A stretch of DNA of 43,935 nt from Fibrobacterales bacterium (GTDB lineage Bacteria > Fibrobacterota > Fibrobacteria > Fibrobacterales > JAOPTW01): assembly GCA_051532035.1 (NCBI GenBank), contig JAOPTW010000004.1:1-43935 (forward strand), read 5' to 3'. Position numbers and translations under genes: made by a program. Below are positions 1 through 8,235 of this stretch, in pieces (position 1 is the stretch's first letter; each line of letters opens with the position of its first letter). The notes beneath the pieces were generated by a model. That model was not told the origin of the DNA. It saw only the letters and a program-made list of their open reading frames with translations, and searched no databases.

Positions 1-349
1 CATATATCTCTTCGGGAATAATTGTTTTAGTATCTGGGTTTGCTTCGAGCCCTACCATGAGGTTCTCTTCTACCGAAAGCTTTGGGAATATATGACGTCC
101 TTGGGGTACGAGCGCAATACCTTGACGTGCCCGAGCCCAGGCATTTCGTTTGGTGATATCCTTTCCATCGAGGAGAATAGACCCTGACTTTGCAGGGAGG
201 GTACCCATGATGTTTTTCATAAGGGTTGTTTTGCCCACACCATTTCTGCCAGTAATACAGGTTATTTTACCCGGAGTAGCTTTGAGTGAAATACCGTGGA
301 GTGCTTTAACTTCGCCATAGGCGTATGTAATATCATTAATTTCAATCAT
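1..349 (-). CDS. urtE: Urea ABC transporter ATP-binding subunit UrtE (3' end runs off the window)
   Basis: Not in the ORF track. Manual translation from ATG at 349 gives MIEINDITYAYGEVKALHGISL...GRNGVGKTTLMK...ARQGIALVPQGRHIFPKLSVEENL...IPEEIY (Walker A and LivF/UrtE-type motifs). Lies directly after urtD. Confidence 0.92.
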   Translation of the reverse strand, partial: MIEINDITYAYGEVKALHGISLKATPGKITCITGRNGVGKTTLMKNIMGTLPAKSGSILLDGKDITKRNAWARARQGIALVPQGRHIFPKLSVEENLMVGLEANPDTKTIIPEEIY

Positions 350-351
350 AA

Positions 352-1137
352 TTATCTTCCTAGATAGGCCTCCACAACTCGTGGATCTTCTCGGAGGGTG
401 TCGAGCATACCTTCGGCCAATACCTTGCCTTCATTTAATACTGTAACGGTTGAATTGAGAGAACGGACAAAATCCATATCATGCTCAATAACAATAATGG
501 TGTGATCACCTTTTAATTCAAGAAGGAGCTCAGCGGTGAGTTCTGTTTCATGATCAGTAAGACCTGCTGCAGGCTCATCAACTAAGAGTAGTTTTGGTTT
601 CGCTACAATAAGCATACTAATGGCGAGCCACTGTCTCTGTCCATGAGAAAGATATTTAGCCTGCATATCGCGTGCTTCTAATAAATTGACTCGTTCAAGA
701 ATAGAGAGTATGGAGTCGCGCTCTTCGGCAGACTCTTTACTCCATAGGTTTTGTAACACATTGCGATCTCTGGGGAGTGCGAGTTCCATATTTTGATACA
801 CAGTTAAGCTATCAAAAACTGTGGGGGTTTGCATCTTTCTACCAATACCCATACGTGCAATTTCAATGTCGCTTTTTTTGGTGATATCACCACCAGCAAC
901 AAAGACCTTCCCGGAGGTTACGTTTGTTTTGCCCGAGATCGCATCACACATTGTCGATTTTCCAGCGCCATTGGGGCCAATGACAACACGGAGTTCATTG
1001 TAGTACACGCCAAAAGAGTTAATGTTGAGTGCTCTAAATCCATCAAACTCCATGACGAGGTTTTCCAGGTAGACCATATAGTGGTCGGCGCCATGAATGG
1101 CTGCAGTATAATTATCATCTACTTGTGGGAGACTCAT
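352..1137 (-). CDS. urtD: Urea ABC transporter ATP-binding subunit UrtD
   Basis: GPNGAGKST Walker A, LSHGQRQWL signature, LLLVDEP, EHDM, C-terminal VVEAYLGR. Operon context. Confidence 0.93.
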   Translation of the reverse strand: MSLPQVDDNYTAAIHGADHYMVYLENLVMEFDGFRALNINSFGVYYNELRVVIGPNGAGKSTMCDAISGKTNVTSGKVFVAGGDITKKSDIEIARMGIGRKMQTPTVFDSLTVYQNMELALPRDRNVLQNLWSKESAEERDSILSILERVNLLEARDMQAKYLSHGQRQWLAISMLIVAKPKLLLVDEPAAGLTDHETELTAELLLELKGDHTIIVIEHDMDFVRSLNSTVTVLNEGKVLAEGMLDTLREDPRVVEAYLGR

Positions 1138-2609
1138 GCTGCTCTCCTTTGTGCAAAGAGGTTGGTGATTGATTTTTGAATATTGTTACGATTAGGAATT
1201 ATTGCAAAGAGTGAGAGTAACCCTGCGAGAAAGTAGTACTTTACTTGAACATCAAAGAGAGAATACATTGTGTCATCGGGAATGAGGTCAAGGCCGGTCA
1301 TTAAAAAGAATGATGCAATTACTGCGATTGATGCAGTTATATAGCTCGGTGCCTTATATAAAAAGTAGATGAAAGGTATGTAAATGACTGCATATTTTAT
1401 GAGAGCTGCAATTGCAGACTTCTCTACTACTTCAAAAGAGAGTAGGCCCACTTTAACAAGAATGCCAATAAGAATAGTGTATCCTACAAAGAGTGCACCA
1501 TAGAGCAGTCCCTTTTTGTTATAGATAAATTCCTTCTCGAGTTTACCCCAGAGCCCAACAAATCCATCGGGAAAGAGAAGGACGACTAAGAGGAACATGC
1601 CGCCTTGTATAAAGGGCCATACTTGGGGTAAATCTGAGGTAAGGGATGAGAAAGCAAGGTTGGTGATGAGTGCGCCAAAAATAGCGCCCCATAAATGACC
1701 ACGCCCACCAAGGGCAACCCAAATGACCATCCAGATAGAGTCTTCGACCCGCATGATATTTGGGGTGATAATTCCATTCTGTGGTACATAGAGCATGCCG
1801 CCGATGCCTGCTATGGCGGCGGCAAGTACAAAGGCGAACATCTTGAGCATATAGGGTTTGTAGCCAATAAAGTTAAGAAGCATCTCTTTGTCTCTAATTG
1901 AGACGAGGAGTCTACCGAGTCGACTGCTCGTAATAAACCTACTTCCCAGAAAAATAAGGGTCAATACTGCTGCAGTGAGGAGGTAGAGACCGATAATCCA
2001 GCCTGTATCTTGGTTGAGCGGTTTATAAAAATTGGTCAGTCCATTGGTGCCACCAAGAAGCATCTCATTTCTGCAAAAGGCAAGATAAGCTCCCCATGCA
2101 ATTGCTTGGGTGATAATGGTAAAGTAGACTCCTTTTACGCGACTACTAAAGACAACGTATCCGATAATCATCGCAACGATTGAGGGGATTGCAATTGCCA
2201 TGATGAGCATCACAGGGAAATTACTGAAGGGTTCCCAAAAGAAGGGTAGTTCAGTAATGTTGTTAAAAAAGAAAAACTGTGGAATGTCGTTGTATTCGGG
2301 GCGTACGTCTCCGCCACCGCCAGGGAGACTGAGAAACATTGCCATTGCATAGCCGCCAAGACAGAAAAAGAGCGCCTGGCAGAGACCAAGAATCCCGGTA
2401 TACCCCCATAAGATATCTATGCCAATTGCGCATATTGCAAAACAGAGATAGCGGCCGAGTTTATTAACGGTTTGTGGTTCTACAATTCCAGCAATAGCAA
2501 GAAGAGGTACCATAAAAAAGAGTGCAATGAGTACGAGCGCTACGGCAATCTTTCTCATTTTTTTGAGTTCTGGATCTACGTGGATCGTTCTTTCGTCAAC
2601 ACTAGTCAT
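1134..2609 (-). CDS. urtC: Urea ABC transporter permease UrtC, with an extra C-terminal membrane segment
   Basis: Motifs DILWGYTGILGLCQALFFCLGGYAM, GVYFTIITQA, GGTNGLT, WVALGGRG. Start placed at ATG 2609 (GGGAG RBS, overlaps the urtB stop) rather than 2684. Confidence 0.9.
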   Translation of the reverse strand: MTSVDERTIHVDPELKKMRKIAVALVLIALFFMVPLLAIAGIVEPQTVNKLGRYLCFAICAIGIDILWGYTGILGLCQALFFCLGGYAMAMFLSLPGGGGDVRPEYNDIPQFFFFNNITELPFFWEPFSNFPVMLIMAIAIPSIVAMIIGYVVFSSRVKGVYFTIITQAIAWGAYLAFCRNEMLLGGTNGLTNFYKPLNQDTGWIIGLYLLTAAVLTLIFLGSRFITSSRLGRLLVSIRDKEMLLNFIGYKPYMLKMFAFVLAAAIAGIGGMLYVPQNGIITPNIMRVEDSIWMVIWVALGGRGHLWGAIFGALITNLAFSSLTSDLPQVWPFIQGGMFLLVVLLFPDGFVGLWGKLEKEFIYNKKGLLYGALFVGYTILIGILVKVGLLSFEVVEKSAIAALIKYAVIYIPFIYFLYKAPSYITASIAVIASFFLMTGLDLIPDDTMYSLFDVQVKYYFLAGLLSLFAIIPNRNNIQKSITNLFAQRRAA

Positions 2610-4320
2610 CTGCGTGTCTCCCTTTTGCGGGGAAGAGCCCCGACGGTTTCCATTGGAGAAAAAGTACAATGAGGCCCAGTACAATTACTTTGCCGTAAAC
2701 GGCGCCCATAAATGGTTCAATATATTTTGAGACAAAGCCAAGTCCAAGTCCGCCAACAATTGCACCGGCAATTTTACCGACACCACCAAGGACCACAACC
2801 ATAAAACTATCTACCACATAACTTTGACCCATACTCGGGTTAATTTTATCAAAGAGTGGCACTACGCACCCTGCGAGTCCTGCAAGCCCTGCACCGATTG
2901 AGAATGCAAGCCCATCAATTTTACGGACCGATACGCCAAGGCTATTTGCGGTCTCTCTGTCTTGAGTTGTCGCTCTGAGTAATAGGCCAAGACGTGTTTT
3001 GTTGATCATGAGATAAAAGAGGGTTACTGCACCTGCACAGTAAAAGATGATGAATACTCGATTTGCAGGGAGGGTAAGGTCCGTTGCGATCTCTATGCCG
3101 CCCGAAAGCCAGGATGGTGGGGTGAGTGAGAGAGTGTCTCCAAAAATTACTCGTACTGATTGAATAAAAACAAGACTGAGACCCCATGTTGCAAGAATCG
3201 TCTCAAATGGACGGCCGTAGAGGTGTTTGATAAGAAACATTTCACAGAGGTAGCCAATGAATCCGGATACAAGAAACGCTATAGGGATTGCAAAAATAAA
3301 GTAGAGATCAAAGTAGGCTTCTGGTACAAAAATTTTAAAGGCTTCGCAGACGACATACGTGGTGAAGGCGCCAATCATCATAAACTCTCCATGAGCCATA
3401 TTGATGACACCCATGAGGCCGAATATTACCGAAAGACCGAGAGCCATCAATATTAAAATTGAACCAAGGCTGAGTCCTGAAAATGTGTCACGCACAATAC
3501 GTACTATTTGTTGATACCCATTTGCTTTGTCGAGTGCGGTATTGAGTGCATGGGTGAATCCTGTTGCTCCATCTGCTGGCGGGGCCTTCAGGGCCTTTTC
3601 AAGCGCTCCCACTGCCCGTGAAGAGCCAATCTCACCGAGGGTAAATGCGGCATCAAGCTTTTCGAGATCGGTTCCAAAGGCAAGGGTGAGGCGGGCAAGA
3701 GACTCAGTTAATATCTCTCTATTTTTGTAGGGAATAGTAGATTCTATTTTATAAAGGAATGGAAGCAGGGTGATATCCATTTTGTCGGTAACGGAAGTGA
3801 TCGCGTTTCTTTGAATGGTTATGTCTGGGGAGGTCAGTGATAGGATTTGTATCACATTTGAAATGCTGCGCCTGTCTGATCTGAGTGCTTTAATATTGTC
3901 GTTGGAGATACGAGTGACAGTAGAAAGTTTTTTTGGAGTGGAACTGGAGTCAAAGGTCACTGTTGTAGGGATGTAGTTCACCGCGCCGTCAGGGGCTTTT
4001 TTCATAGTGTAGATAACATAGTATCCGTTTTCAAAAGTGAGTTGTCCATTTTTATAGGAGTTAAGTAGAGGGATAAAGGCGGGCGTCCCAAATTGTTTGA
4101 CTGAGCTAAAGAGGGTGTCTCGCTGAGGTGATTCTGAAGTATCTAAGAGTGTGAGCCATTCAGTAAAATGGTCTTGTGATAGACCCTGATTAGATTTTAC
4201 CGAATTATATAAGGTGACTTCAGGGGGTTGTGTTACTATCTGATTGGAATCAGGGGGTGTAGTGTCGGCATAAAGCGACGCGATTAAGAGTGCCAGTAGC
4301 ACCAGTATATTTTTTTTCAC
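2602..4320 (-). CDS. urtB: Urea ABC transporter permease UrtB, with an N-terminal periplasmic/HEAT-like domain
   Basis: GLSLGSILILMALGLSVIFGLMGVINMAHGEFMMIGA, LYGRPFETILATWG, SYVVDSFMVVVLGGVG, GLFPAKGR. GTG start with GGAGG RBS. Confidence 0.93.
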   Translation of the reverse strand: MKKNILVLLALLIASLYADTTPPDSNQIVTQPPEVTLYNSVKSNQGLSQDHFTEWLTLLDTSESPQRDTLFSSVKQFGTPAFIPLLNSYKNGQLTFENGYYVIYTMKKAPDGAVNYIPTTVTFDSSSTPKKLSTVTRISNDNIKALRSDRRSISNVIQILSLTSPDITIQRNAITSVTDKMDITLLPFLYKIESTIPYKNREILTESLARLTLAFGTDLEKLDAAFTLGEIGSSRAVGALEKALKAPPADGATGFTHALNTALDKANGYQQIVRIVRDTFSGLSLGSILILMALGLSVIFGLMGVINMAHGEFMMIGAFTTYVVCEAFKIFVPEAYFDLYFIFAIPIAFLVSGFIGYLCEMFLIKHLYGRPFETILATWGLSLVFIQSVRVIFGDTLSLTPPSWLSGGIEIATDLTLPANRVFIIFYCAGAVTLFYLMINKTRLGLLLRATTQDRETANSLGVSVRKIDGLAFSIGAGLAGLAGCVVPLFDKINPSMGQSYVVDSFMVVVLGGVGKIAGAIVGGLGLGFVSKYIEPFMGAVYGKVIVLGLIVLFLQWKPSGLFPAKGRHADD

Positions 4321-4340
4321 AAACCCTCCACTGTCTGATT

Positions 4341-4370
4341 AAAAAAGAGACCCTCCTCAGAAGAGGAGGG
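4341..4370 (-). terminator. Intra-operon hairpin/terminator between urtA and urtB
   Basis: Minus strand CCCTCCTC-TTCT-GAGGAGGG followed by TCTCTTTTTT. Confidence 0.7.
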
Positions 4371-4437
4371 CTTATGTCGTATTGTATATTGGCTCTTAGA
4401 GAACCGGGGTACTCATCCTTAATGTGTATGATCTATC

Positions 4438-5664
4438 TTATGGACGACCAATGAGTGCAAATGGATTAGGCTCTACGAGTCCTGGTGTTTGCCATACAAC
4501 GTCGAACTGTCCGTCTGCTCTGATTTCGCCAATAAGAACAGGTTTGTAGGTGTGGTGGTTTGTTGCGTGAATTTTCTTAGGGCCACCAGGTGCAGGAAAC
4601 TCAAGACCGCTAAGTGCTGCTTTTACTTTTTCTACATCAAAGCTTCCTGCTTTTTCAACAGCTTTTGCCCAAGCGTATACACCAAAGTATGCTGCTTCGA
4701 TTGGGTCATCAGTAACGCGTGCTTCGCCACCAGGGAGACCTTTCTTTTTACAGTATGCTTTGAACGCCTTTACAAACGCATTGTTCTCAGGAGTATTCAC
4801 AGACTGATAGTAGTTCCATGCAGCTAAGTGACCAGCAAGATACTGTGTCTCCATTGCGCGGAGTTCATCTTCAGCAACTGAGAATGCCATGATAGGACAG
4901 AATTCAGAAGTAAGCCCTTGATTTGCAAACTCTTTATAGAAAGGAACGTTTGAATCGCCATTGATTGTTGAGAGAACAACAGCATCACCATCTTTACCAA
5001 ATTTTTTGATCTCTGCTACGATTGTTTGGTAGTCCGCGTGTCCAAATGGTGTGTATACTTCTATAATGTTCTCGTCTGCTACGCCTTTTGATTTAAGGAA
5101 TAGTTTAAGAACTTTATTTGCAGTACGCGGGAAAACATAGTCTGTTCCAAGAAGATAAAATTTCTTTTTAGAGCCGCCTGCTTTACTCATCATGTATTCA
5201 GCAGCAGGGATAAGCTGTTGATTTGGAGTCGCGCCAGTGTAGTAGATGTACGGTGATTCTTCAACACCTTCATACTGTACAGGGTAGAAAAGGAGTGATT
5301 TGTTCGCTTCGTATACGGGGAGAACTGATTTACGAGAAACAGATGTCCAACAACCAAACGTTGCCGCTACTTTTTCTTTAAGGATAAGCTCTTTTGCTTT
5401 TTCTGCAAAGAGGTCCCAGTTAGATGCGGGGTCAACGGCTACAGGTTTAATAGTGTGGCCGAGCACTCCACCTTTGGCGTTAATCTCTTCAACAGCCATC
5501 TCAACAACATCCTTCAACGATGTTTCTGAGATAGCCATTGTTCCCGTAAGGGAGTGGAGAATTCCAATTTTAACTTCTTTTGCTGATGCTGTTGTTTCAG
5601 CCTTTTCTTTACAGGCACTGACAGTGAGTAGCGCTGCAGCTGCGAGTGTGGTGAGTAACTTCAT
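4438..5664 (-). CDS. urtA: Urea ABC transporter substrate-binding lipoprotein UrtA
   Basis: Lipobox VSAC. KIGILHSLTGTMAISE, DPASNWDLFAEKA, FGCWTSVSRKSVLP, FYPVQYEG, GTDYVFPRT, STINGDSNVPF. Confidence 0.96.
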   Translation of the reverse strand: MKLLTTLAAAALLTVSACKEKAETTASAKEVKIGILHSLTGTMAISETSLKDVVEMAVEEINAKGGVLGHTIKPVAVDPASNWDLFAEKAKELILKEKVAATFGCWTSVSRKSVLPVYEANKSLLFYPVQYEGVEESPYIYYTGATPNQQLIPAAEYMMSKAGGSKKKFYLLGTDYVFPRTANKVLKLFLKSKGVADENIIEVYTPFGHADYQTIVAEIKKFGKDGDAVVLSTINGDSNVPFYKEFANQGLTSEFCPIMAFSVAEDELRAMETQYLAGHLAAWNYYQSVNTPENNAFVKAFKAYCKKKGLPGGEARVTDDPIEAAYFGVYAWAKAVEKAGSFDVEKVKAALSGLEFPAPGGPKKIHATNHHTYKPVLIGEIRADGQFDVVWQTPGLVEPNPFALIGRP

Positions 5665-5693
5665 ACTTGTCCTTTGTTAATGTGGGGATTTTT

Positions 5694-5810
5694 AAAAAGT
5701 GCCGCTGATGGGAGCATATTCCCCATACAGGGGCGGATAAGTATGAACAAATCAGCGGCACTCAGGTAAAGTTTTGTTATTCGGTATCAATAAGGCACGC
5801 TTAAGTGCCG
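5694..5810 (-). promoter_or_regulatory. Candidate cis-acting RNA: branched terminator with an alternative antiterminator pairing, between porin and urtA
   Basis: Perfect 12-bp inverted repeat at 5698-5709/5751-5762 enclosing two small stems and followed by a U-tract on the minus strand. Upstream GGCAC/GTGCC hairpin at 5794-5809, whose 5' arm can instead pair with 5756-5764. Confidence 0.5.
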
Positions 5811-5816
5811 TCTGTA

Positions 5817-6821
5817 TTAGAAGCTTGCTGTAAGCTCGGTACCAAATGAGATTGTGGCATCTTCATCTTTATTTACATCACCAATACCTTGATCTACACC
5901 AGCCCATAGTAGGAAGCTTGCGTCATCAGCAACAGAGAAGTATGCTGTTGGATATGTTCCAATCATTGCAGATTCAGCGTCTTTGTCGCCAGCATGGTAT
6001 TCAAGTGGTAATCCAACAGATACAACATCATTTACTGGTACACCTGGTTCAACATAAAGGAACATCTCTTCAGATGTTGGGAGTTGATCAAGCCCTGCAG
6101 GATTGTCGCCAAGTACTGCCATGTAAAAAGATGCAACTACATTGACGCTACCGAGATCGATTGATGGATCGATAGTAAATACAGGGGTTGCATCCATATC
6201 TTTTGCAGTGTGAACACCGATTGATGATTTGAGTCCAAAGGCTCCAGCAGTATATGCGAGGTCTGCACCTGCAGTTACTGGGGTTTCATCACCGAGAATT
6301 GCATGTACATAAGGTGTTGCTGAGAGATCGCCTGCTGTGATCGCGTATGACGCGTATAGCGCTGCGTCAGTTCCGCCTAAGCCACCAAGATAGGCTGTTA
6401 ATGCTTCGGTGCTGAGTCCCAGACCACGAGTTGCAAATTCTTGCAGAACGGTTGATTTTCTTTTTAATATGTAGTAACTCATTTTTTCACTATTATAGAT
6501 AAGGTCACCCACCATTACGGTACCGAAGTCTGTACCGTAGTTTAATGTAACACCATCAAAATCCACAGATCCCCAGCGTTTCTCAGAGTCCCCATCAATA
6601 TTATTCATGGTCGTGTATAAATCAACACTTACTTTTTCACTAAATTTTAAAGAAGTGGTGAGGTCGATTTCATGGTATTCACTGTGGTCAATAGTTCCAT
6701 CCTCTGAATTTACTACGCCTCCTGATCCGCCTAATATATACCCACTAAATCCTACCTCAGCCGCATACATTGTCGTTGCTGCTAGTGCTAATCCCATCAA
6801 TGATTTTTTCAATATACTCAT
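5817..6821 (-). CDS. Putative outer-membrane beta-barrel porin, first gene of the urt operon
   Basis: Signal peptide (MSILKKSLMGLALAATTMYA), alternating amphipathic strands, C-terminal ISFGTELTASF ending in Phe. AGGAG RBS. Confidence 0.65.
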   Translation of the reverse strand: MSILKKSLMGLALAATTMYAAEVGFSGYILGGSGGVVNSEDGTIDHSEYHEIDLTTSLKFSEKVSVDLYTTMNNIDGDSEKRWGSVDFDGVTLNYGTDFGTVMVGDLIYNSEKMSYYILKRKSTVLQEFATRGLGLSTEALTAYLGGLGGTDAALYASYAITAGDLSATPYVHAILGDETPVTAGADLAYTAGAFGLKSSIGVHTAKDMDATPVFTIDPSIDLGSVNVVASFYMAVLGDNPAGLDQLPTSEEMFLYVEPGVPVNDVVSVGLPLEYHAGDKDAESAMIGTYPTAYFSVADDASFLLWAGVDQGIGDVNKDEDATISFGTELTASF

Positions 6822-6876
6822 CTTGTCTCCTGATTGATTTTGTGTTTTGTTGCGTTTTGACTTTGACTTCTACTTA

Positions 6877-6892
6877 AGCGATTGTCGTGCCA
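6877..6892 (-). promoter_or_regulatory. Sigma54 (-24/-12) promoter of the porin-urt operon
   Basis: Minus strand TGGCACGACAATCGCT: exact GG-N10-GC spacing, one mismatch to TGGCACG-N4-TTGCW, about 55 nt upstream of the porin ATG. Confidence 0.8.
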
Positions 6893-6945
6893 AAAGTGAA
6901 TCGGGCATTTTAGACGAAAATTCGCTATAAATGAAGATTTGCGGA

Positions 6946-6988
6946 ATACAAAATTGTTGATATCGAAAAATATTGGACAATTTTGTAT
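6946..6988. promoter_or_regulatory. Paired inverted repeat, likely upstream activator sequence for a sigma54 enhancer-binding protein
   Basis: ATACAAAATTGT (6946-6957) and ACAATTTTGTAT (6977-6988) are exact reverse complements, each containing ACAA-N2-TTGT. They lie about 55-95 bp upstream of the -24 element. Confidence 0.5.
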
Positions 6989-7368
6989 ATCGGTGCAGCA
7001 ATTTAGTGTTGGGTGATTACAGGGTTGTTTGGGTTTATTGATGTGAAATGGGCGATATTGTTCTTCCGAGTGGTTAAATTGGGGATGTAAAGAGTAGTTT
7101 GCTACTGAAATAACATTTATGTCATAGTCTCATGAAGAGTTGTTTTGAGGGGCTCTAGCAGAGTCAGATTGGGTATTTTGGGTTAAAATGTGTCTCTCGT
7201 CGCAGTTGCTGAAGTCAAGGCTTAACTAAGTGCCTCTTTTTACTAAGTTAATAACCTTGTGGATTGTAAATTTTCGTTCACACTTTTTTTAGAGCTTTAA
7301 TATTTAGTACTATAGTTTTTTACCAAAAAGCTCTTTCTCAGCCTTATTGGGGCACTTAAAGGAATACT

Positions 7369-8229
7369 ATGGCAGATCTTACTTTTTCGGGCCAAACAGA
7401 TGAAGTCATTACCGTCGACCTCCCTTCACGCATAATTTATGCGAAATGGAGAGGCAATGCCACATCTGCGGGTGGAGTTATCACCATTGAAGTGATGACC
7501 CAGTGGGTCGCAAATGGCTCCGCGATCAAAGTCACCGTAAAAGACCGTGATGATGGCCAGGTAGAAGTTATTGAAGGCAAAGTGTGGAATAATCTATTTA
7601 GAAAGGATTATGTTCCCGAGCCTAATGATACCCAGGGACTTAAATTTACCGCTGAACTTGCTGATCATAGCCTGGAGGCTGATAGTAATGTTATGCGGGT
7701 TTTTCCGACGGTTACTATAGAAAATCTTCAGTTTTTGAATGGTGAGGATGAGGCGGTGTTGGAGGCTATCACCAAAGAAGAAAATATAATTCTTAACGCT
7801 GATATTACAGGGCCTCCAGATGGAACAAAGGCGATTGTTTCTCTTTACTGTAAAGTTGGAGAGTTTCAAGAGAAGTTTATATTCTCAAATGAGGTTGTTG
7901 TCGAAGGAGGATCAGTTACGGCATCTTGGAAAAACAACTTTCCTATCGAAGAAGAGATTGTTAAAGCGGATAAGGTAGTTAAGAAGGATGCTGAAGAGTA
8001 TTTTAATCCGGCTTATTATTTTAGTGTTGAGTGTTATGCGACTAAGGTTAAGTCTGATGATGTGCCGTATAAGAGTTGGGCGGTGTTTAATTTGAATCAG
8101 CCAGGTAGAACTGCTGTTTTTGTTTTGCCAGATGGGGAAGAGAAGGAAGAGTCCATTCCAGCCGATGGTATTGTCAAAATGGAACAGCCTGCAGTAGGTG
8201 AAATAACCCTCAAAGAAATCAAGGATTAG
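7369..8229 (+). CDS. Hypothetical acidic beta-rich protein; possible secretion adaptor
   Basis: 286-aa ORF, AAGGA RBS, no signal peptide. C-terminal FVLPDGEEKEESIPADGIVKMEQPAVGEITL resembles transthyretin-like/prealbumin-fold tails (inference). Confidence 0.6.
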   Translation: MADLTFSGQTDEVITVDLPSRIIYAKWRGNATSAGGVITIEVMTQWVANGSAIKVTVKDRDDGQVEVIEGKVWNNLFRKDYVPEPNDTQGLKFTAELADHSLEADSNVMRVFPTVTIENLQFLNGEDEAVLEAITKEENIILNADITGPPDGTKAIVSLYCKVGEFQEKFIFSNEVVVEGGSVTASWKNNFPIEEEIVKADKVVKKDAEEYFNPAYYFSVECYATKVKSDDVPYKSWAVFNLNQPGRTAVFVLPDGEEKEESIPADGIVKMEQPAVGEITLKEIKD

Positions 8230-8235
8230 TAGAGT

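Noticed and set aside
2610..2684. Longer urtC start given in the ORF track
   Set aside because: Overlaps the urtB C-terminus, and a better RBS and ATG exist at 2609.
5794..5809. Hexaloop hairpin as an ANTAR (NasT/AmiR) target
   Set aside because: The loop UUAAGC lacks the A1/G4 consensus and there is no tandem partner hairpin.
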